30,999 nucleotides of DNA from Bacteroides sp. (GTDB taxonomy: Bacteria > Bacteroidota > Bacteroidia > Bacteroidales > Bacteroidaceae): positions 1 to 30,999 of the forward strand of contig JAUMWZ010000002.1 in the NCBI GenBank assembly GCA_030529405.1. The letters run 5' to 3'. The notes under the pieces are model-generated. The model was given only the letters and a program-made list of their open reading frames with translations, was not told where the DNA came from and ran no database searches. The position numbers and the translations under genes were made by a program. Numbering within the stretch: the stretch's first letter is position 1; each line of letters opens with the position of its first letter. Shown here one piece after another: positions 26,649-30,999 of this stretch.

Positions 26649-26972
26649 ATGTTTTCTTTTTCGCCACAATCTGCTTATGTTCGCAGAGTTATGACTGACG
26701 AAGAATTGCTGTTATATATTAGTGGTATCAAGCTCAATGGTTTCTTTGCCCTCACGGAGATTTCAAAGAGGGGAGAGGGTATGCCTATTGGGGTGGAAGA
26801 GTTTCTACAAACGAGGGTGGAAGATATAATATGCGGTGCCAAGACAAAGAAGTTTGTGTATTCAAACGGTGGTTGGCGTCTTGTGTTTACATTGTTTCCT
26901 ACTACCAAGGTTGTTGAGGAACGCTATGCCGTGAAAAATAAGGTTATGTCCGTGATGAAGAGGAAACTGTAA
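26649..26972 (+). CDS. Hypothetical protein (107 aa)
   Basis: Only substantial ORF in the interval; protein-like composition (KFVYSNGGWRLVFTLFPT); no function recognised. Confidence 0.65.
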   Translation: MFSFSPQSAYVRRVMTDEELLLYISGIKLNGFFALTEISKRGEGMPIGVEEFLQTRVEDIICGAKTKKFVYSNGGWRLVFTLFPTTKVVEERYAVKNKVMSVMKRKL

Positions 26973-27062
26973 TCTTGTGTAGATTGCTGGCTCGTCTTAA
27001 ATTTATCTTTTCTTTATTTTTTCTATTCAGATTGTTTTTAGGCGTGTTTTTGTCTGTTCTCA

Positions 27063-27164
27063 GACTGTATATTGCTGATATGTAAACTGTATATTATCTG
27101 GGATTAAACTATGAATAACTGAAAAATAGATTATATACAGTTTGGAATATGATTGTATATGGTT
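27063..27164. repeat. 22-bp-period palindromic array K (5 units)
   Basis: Units at 27063, 27085, 27107, 27129 (GATTATATACAGTT), 27151; spacers gatatgta, tgggatta, gaaaaata, tggaatat. Confidence 0.88.
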
Positions 27165-27223
27165 AATTTATGTGTTTTGTATAGTCCCTTTCACTGCTGT
27201 ATGTTAGTTTTCAGCAAGACCAA

Positions 27224-27265
27224 ATAAAAAGGGCTGGAAACTTTTCTTTGTGTTCCCAACCCTTA
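27224..27265 (-). terminator. Probable terminator for ompH
   Basis: Imperfect stem AAGGGCTGGAAAC/GTTCCCAACCCTT, followed by TTTAT on the minus strand. Confidence 0.5.
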
Positions 27266-27290
27266 TGTATGTTTTATGTTCTAAATCTTA

Positions 27291-27893
27291 TTACTTCTTC
27301 GCTGAAGTATATCTTGAGTTTAGACCATCTACTATTTCTTTAGTGATGTTGTATGCTTCTTCTGCGTGAAGAATATTCTCAAATCCTGTTCTGCTGAATA
27401 TCATACTGTATTTTTTCTCTGCATTATACTCCTTCAAGTAAGTGCTTATTGAGTCTCTAAGTCTTTGAGTGTTGCTCATGTTTGCTTCTGCCAAACTTCC
27501 TTGCAACTTATTGTTCAACTCTTCCAACTCTCTTTCTTTCTTCAAAAGTCTAGTATATTCTTGTTCTGCTCTCTCTTTAGAAAGGAATGCGTTGTTTTCT
27601 ACTTTTGACTGAAATTCTTGCTTCTCTTTTGCCAATGCGTTAGCTTTTTGGTTTAGCGTAAGTCTTACGTCTTCTGCCTTTTTAACCATCTCTTCGTTGA
27701 TGTCTATGCTTAGTTGATATTTTGTAAGTAGTGAATCAACATCTACATAAGCTAATTTTAGTTCTGAATTTGTAGAAGAATTATTTGCAGAACTAGCAGT
27801 AGATTCAACTTCAGAGTTCTTAGCACATTGTGCAAACAGGATAGCTACTGCCACAATAGTCAATCCTTTCAAAAGAAAATTTAATTTGTTCAT
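27291..27893 (-). CDS. ompH: OmpH/Skp family chaperone, probable lipoprotein
   Basis: Lipobox-like FAQC; LAYVDVDSLL, coiled-coil body, YSMIF, ILHAEEAYNITKEIVDGLN. Confidence 0.88.
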   Translation of the reverse strand: MNKLNFLLKGLTIVAVAILFAQCAKNSEVESTASSANNSSTNSELKLAYVDVDSLLTKYQLSIDINEEMVKKAEDVRLTLNQKANALAKEKQEFQSKVENNAFLSKERAEQEYTRLLKKERELEELNNKLQGSLAEANMSNTQRLRDSISTYLKEYNAEKKYSMIFSRTGFENILHAEEAYNITKEIVDGLNSRYTSAKK

Positions 27894-27944
27894 AATATTA
27901 TTGTTGTTTTTTTTATATTCAAGTTTTACTAGTTTGTTAGCTGA

Positions 27945-28157
27945 CTAACAACTCTTTTGCTTTACTCCTTTCATTGGTTTTCTCTGTGCTTCTCTGTCTT
28001 GTGACTGAACACAACCTACACCTTTATCACGCAAATACTTGTTTCCGCTGACGTGTCCGTTAGGAAACTTTTTGCCTTTAATAAAGAATATGTTCACTCC
28101 AAGTAGTATCAGAGAAATAGCAACTATTAACAGAGTTATGATTACAGTATCAATCAT
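27945..28157 (-). CDS. Small conserved membrane-anchored hypothetical protein
   Basis: N-terminal TM helix, then KFPNGHVSGNKYLRDKGVGCVQSQDREAQ; start at MIDT because TATATTTG lies at 28177-28184 on the minus strand. Confidence 0.75.
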   Translation of the reverse strand: MIDTVIITLLIVAISLILLGVNIFFIKGKKFPNGHVSGNKYLRDKGVGCVQSQDREAQRKPMKGVKQKSC

Positions 28158-28257
28158 TTGTATTAAATTTGTTGTGCAAATATAAACCTTATATATATAA
28201 AGCATTAAGTATATAGTATCAAATTAACCATATTTAGCACAGAGCGAGAGCAAAAAA

Positions 28258-28265
28258 TATCTTTG
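28258..28265 (+). promoter_or_regulatory. -7 promoter element for pepD
   Basis: TATCTTTG ending 26 nt upstream of ATG 28291. Confidence 0.6.
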
Positions 28266-28290
28266 TGCTGGATAAGTAAAATAAAATATC

Positions 28291-29751
28291 ATGGAAATAA
28301 AAGATTTTAAGTCAGCAGGAGTGTTTAAGTACTTCGAAGAAATATGTCAAGTACCGCGTCCGTCAAAGAAAGAAGAAAAGATTATTCAGTATCTTAAAGA
28401 CTTCGGTAAGAAGCATAATCTTGAAACATCAGTAGATGAGATTGGCAACGTACTTATAAAAAAGCCTGCAACTAAAGGAAAAGAAAACCTAGAAACAGTA
28501 GTGTTGCAGTCGCACGTAGATATGGTGTGCGAGAAAAATAAAGATGTAGAACACGACTTCCTAAAAGACCCTATTGTTACAATAATAGAAGGTGAGTGGA
28601 TGAAAGCTAAGGGTACAACGCTTGGTGCAGATAACGGTATCGGTGTTGCTACTGAACTTGCAATCCTAGCAGATAATACTTTGGAGCATGGACCAATAGA
28701 ATGTCTGTTTACAGTAGACGAAGAAACCGGACTAACAGGAGCATTTGCCCTCAAAGAAGGCTTTATTTCGGGCAATATACTTCTTAACTTAGACTCAGAA
28801 GATGAAGGCGAGTTGTTTATAGGCTGTGCAGGTGGTATAGATTCTGTAGCTGAGTTTGAATATAAGACAGTAGACGTTCCAAAAGATTACTTCTGCTTTA
28901 GAGTGGACGTTAAGGGCTTAAAAGGTGGTCACTCAGGTGGAGATATTCACTTAGGAAGAGGAAATGCGAACAAGATTCTTAACAGATTTCTTGTAAGGGT
29001 ATCTAAGAAATACAACCTATATCTATGCGAAATAGACGGTGGTAATCTTAGAAATGCAATTCCGAGAGAGGCACATGCTGTGTTCGCTGTACCTCAAGAA
29101 GCAAAACACGATATAGTAACTATGTTGAATGTGTTCAATGCTGAGATGGAGTCTGAGCTTGGTGTGGTAGAACCAGACTTGAAATTGATTCTAGAATCAG
29201 AAAACTTCTGTGCTAAAGCAATAGATCAAGACACAACATGTAAACTTATGAGTGCTCTTACTGCTGTACACCATGGAGTTTATGCAATGAGCCACGACAT
29301 ACCAGGACTTGTTGAAACATCTACAAACCTTGCATCTATCAAGATGAAACCGAACAACATTATAAAGGTAGAAACTAGTCAAAGAAGTTCTATTGCATCT
29401 GCAAAAGAAGATATGGCAAACACTGTTCGCGCGGTATTTAACCTTGCTGGTGCGAAGGTTAGCTTTGGTGATGGTTATCCTGGTTGGAAACCTAATCCTA
29501 ATTCAGCTATACTTAAGGTTGCAGCAGAGTCTTACAAAAAACTATTTGGTGTAGAGGCTAAGGTTAAGGCTATACATGCCGGACTTGAGTGTGGTCTATT
29601 CTTAGACAAATATCCTAACTTGGATATGGTTTCATTTGGCCCAACTTTGACTGGAGTTCACTCTCCTGACGAACGTATGCATATACCTTCAGTAGAGAAA
29701 TTCTGGATACATTTGATAGATATATTAGCTAACGCACCGGTTAAGAAGTAA
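28291..29751 (+). CDS. pepD: Aminoacyl-histidine dipeptidase (M20 family)
   Basis: LQSHVDMVCEK, TTLGADNGIG, FTVDEETGL, LNLDSEDEGE, GGHSG.DIH.GRGNANK, IHAGLECG, VHSPDER. Confidence 0.96.
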   Translation: MEIKDFKSAGVFKYFEEICQVPRPSKKEEKIIQYLKDFGKKHNLETSVDEIGNVLIKKPATKGKENLETVVLQSHVDMVCEKNKDVEHDFLKDPIVTIIEGEWMKAKGTTLGADNGIGVATELAILADNTLEHGPIECLFTVDEETGLTGAFALKEGFISGNILLNLDSEDEGELFIGCAGGIDSVAEFEYKTVDVPKDYFCFRVDVKGLKGGHSGGDIHLGRGNANKILNRFLVRVSKKYNLYLCEIDGGNLRNAIPREAHAVFAVPQEAKHDIVTMLNVFNAEMESELGVVEPDLKLILESENFCAKAIDQDTTCKLMSALTAVHHGVYAMSHDIPGLVETSTNLASIKMKPNNIIKVETSQRSSIASAKEDMANTVRAVFNLAGAKVSFGDGYPGWKPNPNSAILKVAAESYKKLFGVEAKVKAIHAGLECGLFLDKYPNLDMVSFGPTLTGVHSPDERMHIPSVEKFWIHLIDILANAPVKK

Positions 29752-29769
29752 TTTCTTAGCTATAAATAT

Positions 29770-29803
29770 AGGCTACCCAATCAATGGGTAGCCTTTTCTT
29801 TTT
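29770..29803 (+). terminator. Intrinsic terminator after pepD
   Basis: AGGCTACCCA/TGGGTAGCCT 10-bp stem followed by TTTCTTTTT. Confidence 0.8.
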
Positions 29804-29843
29804 GTGCATATTACGCACATCTTTCAGCCCACTTATATTTGCT

Positions 29844-30890
29844 ATGAAATCAGTTCTATATTACTTTGTTTTCACACTGTATTTACTTGTGTCGCAAACT
29901 GTATATTGCCAAAAAACAGACTCTATACAGTTTAGAATAATGTCGTGGAACGTTGAAAATCTGTTTGATACAAAACACGACACACTAAAGCAAGACTATG
30001 AGTTTTTGCCAGATACTCTCAGGCGTTGGACAAATACACGTTACAGGAAGAAACTCAAAGATATAGCAACGACTATTGTGTCTGTTGGCGAAATGATACC
30101 ACCGTCTTTGGTGGCACTCTGCGAGGTTGAAAACGAAAAGGTGATGAACGACCTTACAAAGTATTCTCCGCTAAAGAAGATGGAGTATGATTATGTGATG
30201 ACAAACTCTAAGGATTTGCGTGGAATAGATGTTGCACTGCTCTATCAGCGAGCAATGTTTAACCTCATAGAAAGCAGATCTATACGGATAGGTAAGTTTG
30301 ATGATTACCCACCTACAAGAGATGTTCTGCATGTTTCGGGCAGAGTTCTGTCGGGTGATACCCTAGATGTGTTTGTCTGCCATTTACCGTCACGCCGTTT
30401 GGGATATAAGCGTTCAGAAAGATATAGGACACACGTTGCCAAAACGATAAAGACTTATGCCGACAGCATAATGAATATAAGGCAGATACCTAATATTATC
30501 CTTATGGGCGACTTTAACGCTACACTTACCGACCCTTGCATCTGCAAAGCACTGTCTGCAACTCCAACTTCCAAATACACAACCGATAAAGACAAAACTC
30601 TGTTTATTCTCCAACCCAAAGAGTATGGCAGTATCAAGATTGGTACATACAAGTATCGTGGAGAGTGGGAGTTTATTGACCATATAATCATCAGTGGCAG
30701 AATGCTTAACGATAAAAACAAGGTTAAGTATGTAAAAGATAGTGGCAGACTGTCTAAACTCGATTTTTTGTTAATGCCAGACGAAAAGTACAACGGTGTT
30801 CAGATGAACAAAACCTATGTTGGGTTCAGATATAAAGGCGGTATAAGCGACCACCTGCCCGTATGTGCTGACTTCGTCATACACTTCTAA
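29844..30890 (+). CDS. Endonuclease/exonuclease/phosphatase (EEP) family protein, probably secreted
   Basis: SWNVENLFD, LCEVEN, GIDVALLY, TRDVLHV, HLPSR, MGDFN, SDHLPV. Start at MKSV (29844); the ORF-track start 29784 lies inside the pepD terminator. Confidence 0.9.
   Translation: MKSVLYYFVFTLYLLVSQTVYCQKTDSIQFRIMSWNVENLFDTKHDTLKQDYEFLPDTLRRWTNTRYRKKLKDIATTIVSVGEMIPPSLVALCEVENEKVMNDLTKYSPLKKMEYDYVMTNSKDLRGIDVALLYQRAMFNLIESRSIRIGKFDDYPPTRDVLHVSGRVLSGDTLDVFVCHLPSRRLGYKRSERYRTHVAKTIKTYADSIMNIRQIPNIILMGDFNATLTDPCICKALSATPTSKYTTDKDKTLFILQPKEYGSIKIGTYKYRGEWEFIDHIIISGRMLNDKNKVKYVKDSGRLSKLDFLLMPDEKYNGVQMNKTYVGFRYKGGISDHLPVCADFVIHF
29875..29932. repeat. 22-bp-period array M inside the EEP gene N-terminus (3 units)
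   Basis: CACTGTATTTACTT(29875), AACTGTATATTGCC(29897), GACTCTATACAGTT(29919), followed by the family-type spacer tagaataa. Confidence 0.7.
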
Positions 30891-30965
30891 TTATCATCAG
30901 GTAATTCGTCTTGCCGAAACAATACAAAAGCTCTCTGTTTCAAGTTGATTTATAATGGTTACGCC

Positions 30966-30999
30966 AACTATATACAGTTTGCAAATCAGCTGTATATGG
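30966..30999. repeat. 22-bp-period palindromic array L (at least 2 units; truncated by the window end)
   Basis: AACTATATACAGTT(30966)-tgcaaatc-AGCTGTATATGG(30988). Confidence 0.85.

Noticed and set aside
28186-28240. TATATA-rich stretch with AACCATATTTAGCA
   Set aside because: No second unit in 22-bp phase; explained by AT-rich divergent promoter DNA.
1-30999. Transposase, integrase, prophage or defence-system genes
   Set aside because: None recognisable; the EEP, HD and RarA proteins look like ordinary housekeeping members and are not clustered as a defence operon.

Overview
Low-GC Bacteroidales (Bacteroidaceae-like) core-chromosome window. It holds 23 plausible CDSs, mostly housekeeping: TRIC-family membrane protein, wecB-like epimerase, DUF5686 outer-membrane protein, rarA, D-2-hydroxyacid dehydrogenase, DUF4332, S9 peptidase, type III glutamine synthetase, fhs, asnA, ung, lptD-like, HD protein, symporter, amidase, MCE, ICMT-like methyltransferase, ompH, pepD, EEP nuclease and three hypotheticals. 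It also has tRNA-Arg(CCG), tRNA-Cys(GCA), Bacteroidetes TAnnTTTG promoter boxes and intrinsic terminators. No transposase, integrase or cas gene is visible. The standout feature is non-coding: 13 short tandem arrays (about 55 units counted by hand, some degenerate) of a 14-bp palindrome, consensus AACTRTATAYAGTT, at an exact 22-bp period. The 8-bp spacers are asymmetric, recur between arrays and occur in both orientations. Twelve arrays are intergenic and often lie outside terminators; one forms a near-perfect 52-bp palindrome and one lies within the predicted signal-peptide coding region of a gene. Whether this repeat family is already described, and what binds or spreads it, cannot be determined from this window. 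Product calls come from motif recognition, not database searches.
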